DNA from: Escherichia phage SonjaBuckley_Bas74
Strand: one strand, 5' to 3'
DNA: 43,096 bases
Sequence record: PQ850627.1
The position numbers were made by a program, and so were the translations under genes. Positions 35,852-43,018 of the stretch are shown here, piece after piece. The notes under the pieces are model-generated. The model did no database searches. It had not been told where the DNA came from and saw nothing but the letters and a program-made list of their open reading frames with translations. Each line of letters opens with the position of its first letter. The first letter of the stretch is position 1.

Positions 35852-36142
35852 TTACCGTTTAGCCAACCCTTCCAGCAAATTTTTATACTCTTCAAAATAT
35901 TCCTCGACCAAATCATCGCCGAAATAGAAGTCGATATACTCGAGATTATCTCTTACGTTAAGCGATGCCGACATGGTGCTTAGTTGGCGTAAGCTAATTA
36001 GCTTCATTTCTGTTTCTACGCAGAAAGGCCGGTAGGTATCAAGATGGCAAGAGATATTGAAGCATAAAGCGAACTCTCCGGCCACGGAGTGAACCATATA
36101 CACTTCGTTTTCTGCTTTATTGTGGAAAATTACGCCTTTCAT
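35852..36142 (-). CDS. hypothetical protein (96 aa)
   Basis: ATG with AAGGAGA SD; ATGA coupling to upstream HTH gene. Confidence 0.5.
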   Translation of the reverse strand: MKGVIFHNKAENEVYMVHSVAGEFALCFNISCHLDTYRPFCVETEMKLISLRQLSTMSASLNVRDNLEYIDFYFGDDLVEEYFEEYKNLLEGLAKR

Positions 36143-36321
36143 TTCACGTTCTCCTTAATCCATGCTTCGACTTTATTACGGTCAAATGTTCCCGGTAAAC
36201 GGCGGCCCATAACCTTAATACAGCAGTCAGGGAATTTGCCGCTGCGCAACCAGTTATTAATGGTCTGACGTGTCACCCCGATACGCTCGGCTACCTCATT
36301 CTGTGTCATGTAATGTTGCAT
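36139..36321 (-). CDS. AlpA/excisionase-type HTH DNA-binding protein
   Basis: Likely ATG start at 36321 with AGGGGAT SD (ORF track GTG at 36435); MTQNEVAERIGVTRQTINNWLRSGKFP matches the HTH_17 pattern; first gene downstream of TTGCTT-N17-TATACT promoter. Confidence 0.55.
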   Translation of the reverse strand: MQHYMTQNEVAERIGVTRQTINNWLRSGKFPDCCIKVMGRRLPGTFDRNKVEAWIKENVK

Positions 36322-36352
36322 TTTTATATCCCCTGTTTGTTTAGTGAAACCG

Positions 36353-36381
36353 AGTATAGGATAGCGGGAATGTAAAAGCAA
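36353..36381 (-). promoter_or_regulatory. promoter TTGCTT-N17-TATACT for AlpA-like HTH operon
   Basis: Minus-strand reading TTGCTTTTACATTCCCGCTATCCTATACT, about 30 nt upstream of ATG at 36321. Confidence 0.45.
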
Positions 36382-36418
36382 CCAATCCCTGCAATATTTA
36401 ATCTTTACAAAAAAGTTA

Positions 36419-36448
36419 TTGAAAGTTCTTGACACATGTTTGTATAAT
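36419..36448 (+). promoter_or_regulatory. promoter TTGAAA-N18-TATAAT driving a non-coding transcript
   Basis: Consensus -10 TATAAT at 36443-36448; divergent from the minus promoter at 36353-36381. Confidence 0.45.
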
Positions 36449-36455
36449 GGTTTTG

Positions 36456-36675
36456 GGACTTGTATATATTACGGAGTTGACGAACCCTCCCCGAGGGATT
36501 CGTCAACCCCTCCCAGACAGCTGAGATGCTTGCCTTGTGGTTTAAGGATAAGTGTATCTAAATCTCATTTAAAGAAGTAACCCGCTGAAATATCTACTGT
36601 TTCTTAATGTGCCGTAGATTCGCAACCGTAAAAATGTAACGATTATTGGGCAGGCTTAGGGCCTGCCCTTTAGTT
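36456..36675 (+). ncRNA. candidate small non-coding RNA (about 220 nt)
   Basis: Promoter upstream, strong 5' hairpin at 36476-36507, intrinsic terminator at 36648-36675, no ORF with SD (only an 11-codon ATG frame). Confidence 0.3.
36648..36675 (+). terminator. intrinsic terminator closing the candidate sRNA
   Basis: GGGCAGGC-TTAGG-GCCTGCCC followed by TTTAGTT. Confidence 0.6.
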
Positions 36676-36740
36676 ACCAAGTAATAAGAATAAAGGCACA
36701 ACAGTTTCGAAAGAATCACAACGGCAACGTAACTATTCTC

Positions 36741-36769
36741 TTGCACACCCCAACATAATAGGATACTAT
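36741..36769 (+). promoter_or_regulatory. sigma70-type promoter TTGCAC-N17-TACTAT for plus-strand small-gene cluster
   Basis: TTGCACACCCCAACATAATAGGATACTAT; 29 of 31 positions identical to the moron promoter repeat. Confidence 0.55.
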
Positions 36770-36803
36770 TCACTTATCGAAACGAGACAGAGGAGTGAAG
36801 GTT

Positions 36804-36989
36804 ATGTTTAAGAAGGGTCAGTTGGTTCGTAATAGATTGAGCGGCGATTTATTTACAGTAATAGAATCAAATCTAATGTGGTTTGGTTTTGTGGAGGTTA
36901 ATAGCGTAGCGGGTTTCGGTAAAGGGTTACTCCGTAAATGTGATTTAGAACTCATCGGCAACAATTTTAAATTCAAAGGGGCGAAGTGA
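36804..36989 (+). CDS. hypothetical protein (61 aa)
   Basis: ATG with AGGAGTGAAGG SD (ORF track GTG at 36795); first gene downstream of TTGCAC-N17-TACTAT promoter. Confidence 0.45.
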   Translation: MFKKGQLVRNRLSGDLFTVIESNLMWFGFVEVNSVAGFGKGLLRKCDLELIGNNFKFKGAK

Positions 36990-37348
36990 TGGATAAGCAA
37001 GTTTTACGAACAGCCGCTGAAGGCGCTATTGAGAAATATGGGGACGAATGGTTTGGGACTGGAAGTCAAATTTGCACCGTTCACAAGTCAAAGATTAAGC
37101 TTATATCTTATGCCAGCCCTAATCTCGTAATTGAATTGCTGGATGAAATAGCAGCCCTAACAGAGGAGAATATTAAACTTAATCAAAAAATTGATAAGTT
37201 ATTAATATGGCCCGGTATAGAGTTTGATTCGTCAGCGTGGGGTTTCTCTAACAATGATGGTGATGCCGCGCTTGAATTAATATGCGACCACACGGCATCG
37301 GATCCTGATGCTCGTGCCGACGACTCTGAGGGAGGTTGCCGTAAATGA
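36986..37348 (+). CDS. hypothetical protein (120 aa)
   Basis: ATGA coupling to upstream gene; uninterrupted frame. Confidence 0.5.
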   Translation: MMDKQVLRTAAEGAIEKYGDEWFGTGSQICTVHKSKIKLISYASPNLVIELLDEIAALTEENIKLNQKIDKLLIWPGIEFDSSAWGFSNNDGDAALELICDHTASDPDARADDSEGGCRK

Positions 37349-37536
37349 GAATTCGAATAACTGATGTTGATTATGCGGACCCGCGCGACGGTGACGATTT
37401 GCCGCTTAGTTACTGGGGTGTTGCTCTTGGTGGTGAGTTTGAAGTGGACGACGTAGCTGACGGTACATTCGTAATTGAATGTGACGCCGGGTATGTAGTT
37501 GTGTACCCCTGTGAATGCGAAGTCCTGGAGGACTAA
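37345..37536 (+). CDS. hypothetical acidic protein (63 aa)
   Basis: ATGA coupling; D/E-rich. Confidence 0.45.
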   Translation: MRIRITDVDYADPRDGDDLPLSYWGVALGGEFEVDDVADGTFVIECDAGYVVVYPCECEVLED

Positions 37537-37539
37537 GTT

Positions 37540-37683
37540 ATGAGAGAAGCATTTGAACGGTGGGCCGTCGTTGAGGGTCTGCCCGTTAACAAGGGTTCGA
37601 AGAAAGAGTACCTGAACGCTAAGACGCGTCTCGCGTGGCGGGCGTGGAAGGCTGGTATGCAAGCTGTGATGAATAAGGGGTGA
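37540..37683 (+). CDS. hypothetical protein (47 aa)
   Basis: ATG with GGAGGA SD; uninterrupted frame to TGA; under ORF-track cutoff. Confidence 0.4.
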   Translation: MREAFERWAVVEGLPVNKGSKKEYLNAKTRLAWRAWKAGMQAVMNKG

Positions 37684-37686
37684 TTT

Positions 37687-37887
37687 ATGAGTCAGTGGAT
37701 TAAGTGTAGTGAGCGGATGCCGGAAGAAGGCGAGATGGTCCTTACTGCGTTTCGTGGTGTTGTTAGGTCGGGCGTGTGTAAGGCTGTAGATGTTATCGGC
37801 GGTAAGTGTTTTGTAAGTGAGATTGACAGATGCCACGGGACACCGGCGACCCACTGGATGCCGTCACCAAGGCCGCCGGAACAATAG
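37687..37887 (+). CDS. hypothetical protein, DUF551-like C-terminus
   Basis: 66 aa ending THWMPSPRPPEQ, resembling the conserved C-terminal motif of the DUF551 phage protein family; followed by strong terminator. Confidence 0.45.
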   Translation: MSQWIKCSERMPEEGEMVLTAFRGVVRSGVCKAVDVIGGKCFVSEIDRCHGTPATHWMPSPRPPEQ

Positions 37888-37910
37888 TTTAAGATTTTAC
37901 TGAGTGACTT

Positions 37911-37948
37911 ACGCTGCTACACAGCAGCGTATCATTTTTCTCATTTTT
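37911..37948 (+). terminator. intrinsic terminator after 37687-37887
   Basis: ACGCTGCT-ACAC-AGCAGCGT followed by ATCATTTTTCTCATTTTT. Confidence 0.65.
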
Positions 37949-38001
37949 GTTCTATTTCACCAAACGCAACAATCGAAGCGACTATTGCAGGAGATGCAAC
38001 A

Positions 38002-38100
38002 ATGAAACTGAATGACATCGTAACCTGGACCGGTAGAAACGGAGAAAAGCGATTCGGGCTTATTGTTGCGTCAAACGGCAACAAGTACCGTGTTATGTGA
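38002..38100 (+). CDS. hypothetical small protein (32 aa)
   Basis: ATG with AGGAGA SD 8 nt upstream; short frame to TGA. Confidence 0.3.
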   Translation: MKLNDIVTWTGRNGEKRFGLIVASNGNKYRVM

Positions 38101-38179
38101 TGGCGTCAGTGGGCACGACGCCCGAGGTACTACTGGATTAGTGGAGAACGATTATCTTTAAAACACCAATAAAATTTAC

Positions 38180-38208
38180 TTGCACACTGTGATAGAATAG
38201 GCTACTAT
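38180..38208 (+). promoter_or_regulatory. sigma70-type promoter TTGCAC-N17-TACTAT
   Basis: TTGCACACTGTGATAGAATAGGCTACTAT followed by leader ACAAACGAGAGGAGAG and ATG at 38240. Confidence 0.5.
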
Positions 38209-38239
38209 TCATTTACACAAACGAGAGGAGAGACAGAAG

Positions 38240-38368
38240 ATGTATAAGTATCTGACGGTAGAAAAACTGGAACAGATTTATGCGGAGTTGCGAGTTTGCT
38301 GCGTATGCAGCGGCAACTACAAACTTGTTTACGGAGAACTGGAGGTAGACGATGCTCCTGGAATGTAA
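38240..38368 (+). CDS. hypothetical small protein (42 aa)
   Basis: ATG with GAGAGGAGAG leader downstream of TTGCAC-N17-TACTAT promoter; CCVCSG cysteine cluster. Confidence 0.35.
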   Translation: MYKYLTVEKLEQIYAELRVCCVCSGNYKLVYGELEVDDAPGM

Positions 38369-38570
38369 ATCCCATGATCGCTATTGGGTGCTCACTAAAA
38401 ATGACTTGTACCACCTCAAAGAAGACGGCGACGAGAGCCGCTGCTACATAATAGACGACAATGGCACTGAACTTGATGTCTATTACACCGGGTATGGTCG
38501 GTGGGCGTTATCAGCGGACGATGAATTTGTGTTTGAAGAATATAACGGGGAGGAGCCAGAAGATGAGTAA
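38352..38570 (+). CDS. hypothetical acidic protein (72 aa)
   Basis: ATG with GGAGGT SD; overlaps end of previous small ORF. Confidence 0.5.
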   Translation: MLLECKSHDRYWVLTKNDLYHLKEDGDESRCYIIDDNGTELDVYYTGYGRWALSADDEFVFEEYNGEEPEDE

Positions 38571-38982
38571 CAAAAACGAAGTATTCGAGTACCTGATTGA
38601 CCAGCTACGGCAGCAGGTAAATAACAACCAGTGCGAAGACCTGGCGCATGAGGTGCAGTCACTTAAGAATCAGTTACGCGATGCGTCTGCACAGATTAAG
38701 GAGTTGCATCTGGCGCTGGTTACAGCTACCGGTGATGTGGAGGCGTACAAACTTATCCGCAAAGGTGGGTACGTTTCCGCAGGCCAGCGCTACGTGGTTG
38801 GCGAACATGCGCCCGGGCCAACGGTAAATTGTCGGCGCACCCAGACGCCTGTACCGCCGGAGCAATCTGGTTGCCGTAAAGAAGATGCCCAGGAAGGGCC
38901 CTACCGTTTCTATTATGTAGTGATAGATGGCTCCGCGCCGTTCGGTACGAAAGTATGTAAAACGTGCGGGGGATACTTCTGA
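38563..38982 (+). CDS. hypothetical protein with coiled-coil segment and C-terminal CxxC (139 aa)
   Basis: ATG at 38563 with GGGGAGGAG SD, overlapping upstream stop; ORF-track start 38461 lies inside the preceding gene and lacks an SD. Confidence 0.5.
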   Translation: MSNKNEVFEYLIDQLRQQVNNNQCEDLAHEVQSLKNQLRDASAQIKELHLALVTATGDVEAYKLIRKGGYVSAGQRYVVGEHAPGPTVNCRRTQTPVPPEQSGCRKEDAQEGPYRFYYVVIDGSAPFGTKVCKTCGGYF

Positions 38983-39185
38983 TGACCAGCATCTTATTTA
39001 TCTGGGTATTGTACGCAGGCCAGATGCAACTAGCGGCATCAGAAACGTTTTACTCGATGGAGGCGTGCCAGTCAGCGGCACGCGCCGCAGAGAACGCGCA
39101 CTTCCTGTTTCAGGGCGACAAGCCCAACGATTCAGAGGTACGCGCTATCTGCTCACCTAAGAGACTTGGTAAACAGGAGAAATAA
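38982..39185 (+). CDS. small secreted/membrane-anchored protein (putative signal peptide)
   Basis: ATG overlapping upstream TGA; N-terminus MTSILFIWVLYAGQMQLAAS is signal-peptide-like. Confidence 0.4.
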   Translation: MTSILFIWVLYAGQMQLAASETFYSMEACQSAARAAENAHFLFQGDKPNDSEVRAICSPKRLGKQEK

Positions 39186-39186
39186 C

Positions 39187-39390
39187 ATGGTACAGAGATA
39201 TTCTAAGTATGGGTCCGACAACCATTTCATTGACCGCCACGGGAAGTGGGTTAAGTTTGAGGACTACCAGAATCTTGACCTAAAGCTGTTGGAAGTTGAA
39301 GCCGAGTTACAGAAATACAAGGACCAGTTCCCGGATTACGTCGAGTGCGCGAACTGTGGGTCAGTTACACATGTGGGAGGGGTGGAGTAA
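39187..39390 (+). CDS. hypothetical protein (67 aa)
   Basis: ATG with CAGGAGA SD; CANCG near C-terminus. Confidence 0.45.
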   Translation: MVQRYSKYGSDNHFIDRHGKWVKFEDYQNLDLKLLEVEAELQKYKDQFPDYVECANCGSVTHVGGVE

Positions 39391-39683
39391 TGTCGTTAGC
39401 AACTGACATCCTGAAACGAAGCGGCCTTGCGCCGCTGTCACCGAGAGCGAAGACACGTATACACAAGCGTCGCCGTAACGTGCTGTACCCTGAGATTCAG
39501 GCCAGACGCAAAGTTGTCCGCGCCTGTGGATTCCAGAACGGGAAGGCCGTGAATCTGGGTGAGTTCAAAACACAGGAACGCGCAGCTATCGCTAATCGGT
39601 TATTTAATTACTGGAAATCGCTGGGGTATGAAGATATTCCGACGAAACCGCAGAGACGACAATACATCTGGCGTCATAAATAA
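39390..39683 (+). CDS. AP2-like DNA-binding domain protein (putative)
   Basis: ATG with GGGAGGGGTGGAG SD; GFQNGKAVNLGEFKTQERAAIANRLFNYW resembles the AP2 domain pattern common in phage HNH-associated proteins. Confidence 0.4.
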   Translation: MSLATDILKRSGLAPLSPRAKTRIHKRRRNVLYPEIQARRKVVRACGFQNGKAVNLGEFKTQERAAIANRLFNYWKSLGYEDIPTKPQRRQYIWRHK

Positions 39684-39758
39684 ACCGTTATTAGGATAAT
39701 TCCTACCCGTGGTATCCTCCAGTTACTGCATACTTAATACGCACCTGGAGGATTCATC

Positions 39759-40067
39759 TTGGATAAATTTACTGAAACAGTGACAGGCTGGCTTCTGGCA
39801 GCCGCACTAGCTGGTGGGGTAATCGGACTACGACAACATAAGTCCGCTATTTCCGGCCCTATCGACGGATTCTGCTTTATTGCAACTGGCTTCACTTGCG
39901 CCGTATTTGGCGCGCCTCTCGCCGCTCAATGGTTCGGTATTACCGGAGAGCGCGAGATAGCTGGCCTCGGATTCATCATCGCAATTCTCTGGATGCCCAT
40001 CTATTCCCGTCTCTCCGGTATCGTCGCCGGAGAATACATCGCACGTCGAGGAGGCACAGATGAATGA
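39759..40067 (+). CDS. holin (three predicted TMDs)
   Basis: Apparent TTG start 6 nt after GGAGGA SD; three hydrophobic helices and charged C-terminus; directly upstream of endolysin cassette. Confidence 0.55.
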   Translation: MDKFTETVTGWLLAAALAGGVIGLRQHKSAISGPIDGFCFIATGFTCAVFGAPLAAQWFGITGEREIAGLGFIIAILWMPIYSRLSGIVAGEYIARRGGTDE

Positions 40068-40332
40068 ATTATTCTGGTTCGGCGGTATGCTGGCAATCGG
40101 AGGCACATCGCTGTTTAATGTATATCACCCCAGCGCGGATGACGGATTATTTGGCCGTGTGCTATATATCCTGACCGCTATTGTCTGCGCCGCAGGATGT
40201 ATCCACCTGTTACAGGGCAGCATGTCTCCGACGCTGCCTGAGACATTAATCACATTAGTTGCGCTGCGCCAGATTCGTCAGGCGTGGCTGTCATACGGAG
40301 GACATAAGCGTGTCTCGAAATATTTCAGATAA
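40060..40332 (+). CDS. membrane protein, second holin/antiholin-like component (putative)
   Basis: 90 aa with two hydrophobic helices; overlaps holin stop; between holin and endolysin. Confidence 0.45.
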   Translation: MNELFWFGGMLAIGGTSLFNVYHPSADDGLFGRVLYILTAIVCAAGCIHLLQGSMSPTLPETLITLVALRQIRQAWLSYGGHKRVSKYFR

Positions 40333-40422
40333 TGGACTTACCGCAGATAAGCTGCGCGAGGTTTTACACTACGACCCCGATACCGGAGTTTTCGCGAACC
40401 ATAAATTACGGGAAGGTGCTTT

Positions 40423-40908
40423 ATGAGAAACATTAGCAACAATGGCATCAAATTCACCGCCGCGTTCGAGGGATTCCGCGGAACTGCGTATCGTGCTACG
40501 CCAAATGAGAAGTACCTGACTATTGGGTACGGTCATTATGGGCCAGACGTAACGCCAGGCAAGACCATCACCCCGGGACAAGGCCTCCTGTTACTGAATC
40601 GTGATATGGCTAAGGCTGTAGCTGCGGTTGACGCAGCAGCACACCATTCATTGACACAGGCACAGTTCGATGCAGTGTGCGACCTGGTATACAACGCAGG
40701 TGCTGGTGTGATTGCTGCTACTACCGGCACGGGTAAGGCACTGCGTTCTGGTGATATTGCAACGCTGCGGGCTAAGCTGACACTGTTCATCAACCAGAAC
40801 GGCAGACCGTTACTTGGTCTGCGCCGCCGTACTGCCGGTCGTCTGGCGCTGTTCGACGGTAAACCGTGGCAAGAGGCAGAGGCTATCGGGCGCGCGGTGA
40901 AAGGTTGA
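40423..40908 (+). CDS. endolysin, T4-type lysozyme (GH24-like)
   Basis: FEGFRGTAY...TIGYGH and QFDAVCDLVYNAG match the catalytic region pattern of phage lysozymes; followed by strong intrinsic terminator. Confidence 0.75.
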   Translation: MRNISNNGIKFTAAFEGFRGTAYRATPNEKYLTIGYGHYGPDVTPGKTITPGQGLLLLNRDMAKAVAAVDAAAHHSLTQAQFDAVCDLVYNAGAGVIAATTGTGKALRSGDIATLRAKLTLFINQNGRPLLGLRRRTAGRLALFDGKPWQEAEAIGRAVKG

Positions 40909-40974
40909 CACCTGAGACTAATCCGACGATACTTAAATCACCTCCTGTTCCATACCTCTGCTCTCCAGTTTTAT

Positions 40975-41003
40975 CCCGGCCCTGACCCAGCCGGGATTTT
41001 TTT
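40975..41003 (+). terminator. intrinsic terminator after endolysin
   Basis: CCCGGC-N9-GCCGGG followed by ATTTTTTT. Confidence 0.7.
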
Positions 41004-41025
41004 ATCTATTTTCTGCAATGACTAG

Positions 41026-41054
41026 TTGACTATTACCTACGACCCTATTATATT
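41026..41054 (+). promoter_or_regulatory. promoter TTGACT-N17-TATATA after endolysin terminator
   Basis: TTGACTATTACCTACGACCCTATTATATA followed by leader CAACGAGAACGGAG and ATG at 41088. Confidence 0.45.
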
Positions 41055-41087
41055 TACTCCATCGACAACGAGAACGGAGTAGAGAAG

Positions 41088-41336
41088 ATGAGTAACGTAC
41101 AGACAATCGCAATAACCGAGGAACTTGAAGCCAAATGTATCGCATGGACTATGGGTAATGACCCGGTTGCTATGCGTAAATTTCCAATGAAAATCACAGA
41201 TACCGAAGCATTCAAAGACGCACAACTGATGGCGCGTATCGCCGTTAGTAACCTGAGCCGCAATATCCCTGCGGATGCGTTCTGGTTCGCGGCTATGCAG
41301 ACACTGAAAGCAGCTTATGCAGGAGAGAAGAAATGA
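41088..41336 (+). CDS. hypothetical protein (82 aa)
   Basis: ATG with GGAGTAGAGAAG leader downstream of TTGACT-N17-TATATA promoter. Confidence 0.5.
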   Translation: MSNVQTIAITEELEAKCIAWTMGNDPVAMRKFPMKITDTEAFKDAQLMARIAVSNLSRNIPADAFWFAAMQTLKAAYAGEKK

Positions 41337-41530
41337 AAGTTAAAGCCGCTAAAATTCTCTGGTTAGCCGCCCTTGACTATGTCACAGAGGGTAAAGTGTA
41401 TGATGTATACAACCCGACAGCTACTGGTTTCGGTTATATAGACTCCGACGACGACTGCCATATTTTCATAGACTTTGGTAACGATGACGGTGATGGTTTC
41501 CACGGCGTTAAATGGGAGGTTGTAGAATGA
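41333..41530 (+). CDS. hypothetical acidic protein (65 aa)
   Basis: ATGA coupling to upstream gene. Confidence 0.45.
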   Translation: MKVKAAKILWLAALDYVTEGKVYDVYNPTATGFGYIDSDDDCHIFIDFGNDDGDGFHGVKWEVVE

Positions 41531-41688
41531 GCGAACAAGGTCAAGTAAGCCAACCATTACGAGTAGGCCGTAAGGTGAGTCACACCCCGTTCCCGACACG
41601 CGAGGAACTGATGAAACGTAACAGTTTCCCTGGGCCGGACAAGAACAAGTATCTCAACCGCATGTGGGGAGAGCGTAAAAATGACTGA
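41527..41688 (+). CDS. hypothetical protein (53 aa)
   Basis: ATGA coupling; uninterrupted frame; under ORF-track cutoff. Confidence 0.35.
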   Translation: MSEQGQVSQPLRVGRKVSHTPFPTREELMKRNSFPGPDKNKYLNRMWGERKND

Positions 41689-41866
41689 CCGTGAATATGA
41701 AAAGATGATGGTAGAGGCCGTTAACGGCGGCGTAGACATTAGCCACGTGATGTGCGTCCTGAATAATAAAATCGCGGTAGCCGAGCAAATGGTGGAGTCG
41801 CTTTATGAGGCGCGCCGCGAACTGATTAACCGCTTCAACCTGAACAAAGGTGACACCAATGCATAA
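41681..41866 (+). CDS. hypothetical protein (61 aa)
   Basis: ATG overlapping upstream gene by 8 nt. Confidence 0.45.
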   Translation: MTDREYEKMMVEAVNGGVDISHVMCVLNNKIAVAEQMVESLYEARRELINRFNLNKGDTNA

Positions 41867-42158
41867 AATCACAATTGCATCGCTCGAGCGCCGTATTATG
41901 GTGCTTGAGTCGGAGAAACAGACGTTAGGCGGGCAACTGTCAATTAACGGTGAGTTTCAACTGGAGGCGTATAAAGAACTTCTAGAGGCGTTTAAAGAGC
42001 TACAAGCCATCGCGTCTGACATAGAAAATATGATTGGATTGTTGCAATCCGGGGAGTGGGCCGAACACTGCACTAAATCGGCGTTAGGAAAACGGCTTGA
42101 GACGGAGATTACTGACATGCTGAGTTGTCTTGTTGAGGCGCCAGATGAGCACGCCTGA
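41859..42158 (+). CDS. hypothetical coiled-coil protein (99 aa)
   Basis: ATG at 41859 with AAAGGTGA SD (ORF-track GTG at 41850). Confidence 0.45.
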   Translation: MHKITIASLERRIMVLESEKQTLGGQLSINGEFQLEAYKELLEAFKELQAIASDIENMIGLLQSGEWAEHCTKSALGKRLETEITDMLSCLVEAPDEHA

Positions 42159-42327
42159 GCCGGTAGTTATCGATGGCGTCCTGTGGAAACCTTACTCGGT
42201 TAACCACATCGACGCCGATGGGAAGAAGTTCAGTTTCTACATTTTTGCGATTAGCCGTGAGCACGCTGCGTGTGTAGTAGACGATATACGAGAAACGGCG
42301 TGGCTTGGCGATGAGATAGTGGGGTGA
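42145..42327 (+). CDS. hypothetical protein (60 aa)
   Basis: ATG overlapping upstream gene end; ORF-track start 42130 lacks an SD. Confidence 0.4.
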   Translation: MSTPEPVVIDGVLWKPYSVNHIDADGKKFSFYIFAISREHAACVVDDIRETAWLGDEIVG

Positions 42328-42331
42328 GAGC

Positions 42332-42415
42332 ATGAGTCTTGAGGTTGTTATAAGTCTGGTTGGTATTAGTTACTTCATTGGGCTATTGGTCGGTTTTCTG
42401 TGGGGTAGATACTAA
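42332..42415 (+). CDS. hydrophobic micropeptide (27 aa, single TMD)
   Basis: ATG after GGGGTGAGAG; sequence MSLEVVISLVGISYFIGLLVGFLWGRY; stop overlaps next start (TAATG). Confidence 0.3.
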   Translation: MSLEVVISLVGISYFIGLLVGFLWGRY

Positions 42416-42585
42416 TGTTCAGCGACATCAACGCAGCAATCGAAGAAGCAATCTGGCGCCGTTACAACGGCGAGCAACAGCGTCACTTCTGCCTGGTGCA
42501 ACGTGGTAACATGGTCGCCGTGGTGCAGGACCGCGATAACAAATATCCGAATGCGATGTGGACAACGAGGAATTTCTTAGGATGA
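42415..42585 (+). CDS. hypothetical protein (56 aa)
   Basis: Translationally coupled on both sides; uninterrupted frame. Confidence 0.35.
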   Translation: MFSDINAAIEEAIWRRYNGEQQRHFCLVQRGNMVAVVQDRDNKYPNAMWTTRNFLG

Positions 42586-42818
42586 TTACCAGCATTCCTA
42601 ACCTGATTAAAGAATTTGGTACGATGGCGGAGACATGCCGACAAACCGGTATCAACGAAATGACGATTGCTAAGTACAGTAAAGACGTTGATTGTGAGCG
42701 CCACGTAATTTATAACAATCGTCTGATGACGCACGTTAAGACTAGCCCGGTGTTATTCACGCGCCGTGGTATCACTAAAACTGAGCAACGTATTGCTAAA
42801 GAGGAGAGTGGAGAATGA
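42582..42818 (+). CDS. hypothetical protein (78 aa; alternative start 42558)
   Basis: ATGA coupling at 42582; same frame as ORF-track start 42558. Confidence 0.4.
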   Translation: MITSIPNLIKEFGTMAETCRQTGINEMTIAKYSKDVDCERHVIYNNRLMTHVKTSPVLFTRRGITKTEQRIAKEESGE

Positions 42819-43000
42819 AAAAGTTAACTATCTACTGGAAAACAGGGGCTACGTCAGAACTCGATGTTTTCAGCGTAACGCAGTGTGAAAAGTTCTGGTA
42901 TGCCGAAACATTCAACGGTGAAGTGAGAATACCAATCGCACTGGTATACGGCGGCGATATAACAGAATACCAATCGCACTGGTATACGGCGGCGATATAA
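42815..43000 (+). CDS. hypothetical protein whose 3' end runs through a 38-bp tandem duplication
   Basis: ATGA coupling; stop codon lies in the second repeat copy; followed by intrinsic terminator. Confidence 0.4.
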   Translation: MKKLTIYWKTGATSELDVFSVTQCEKFWYAETFNGEVRIPIALVYGGDITEYQSHWYTAAI

Positions 43001-43001
43001 C
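42926..43001 (+). repeat. perfect 38-bp tandem duplication (2 copies)
   Basis: AGAATACCAATCGCACTGGTATACGGCGGCGATATAAC at 42926-42963 and again at 42964-43001, followed by partial third start AGAATAA. Confidence 0.9.
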
Positions 43002-43018
43002 AGAATAACCAACCCACA

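Noticed and set aside
38461-38982. ORF-track start at 38461 for the 173-aa protein
   Set aside because: The first 34 codons overlap the preceding gene out of frame and lack an SD; the ATG at 38563 has a strong GGGGAGGAG SD and overlaps the upstream stop, so the shorter gene is preferred.
42926-43001. Possible CRISPR-like array
   Set aside because: Only two directly abutting copies with no spacers; this is a simple tandem duplication.
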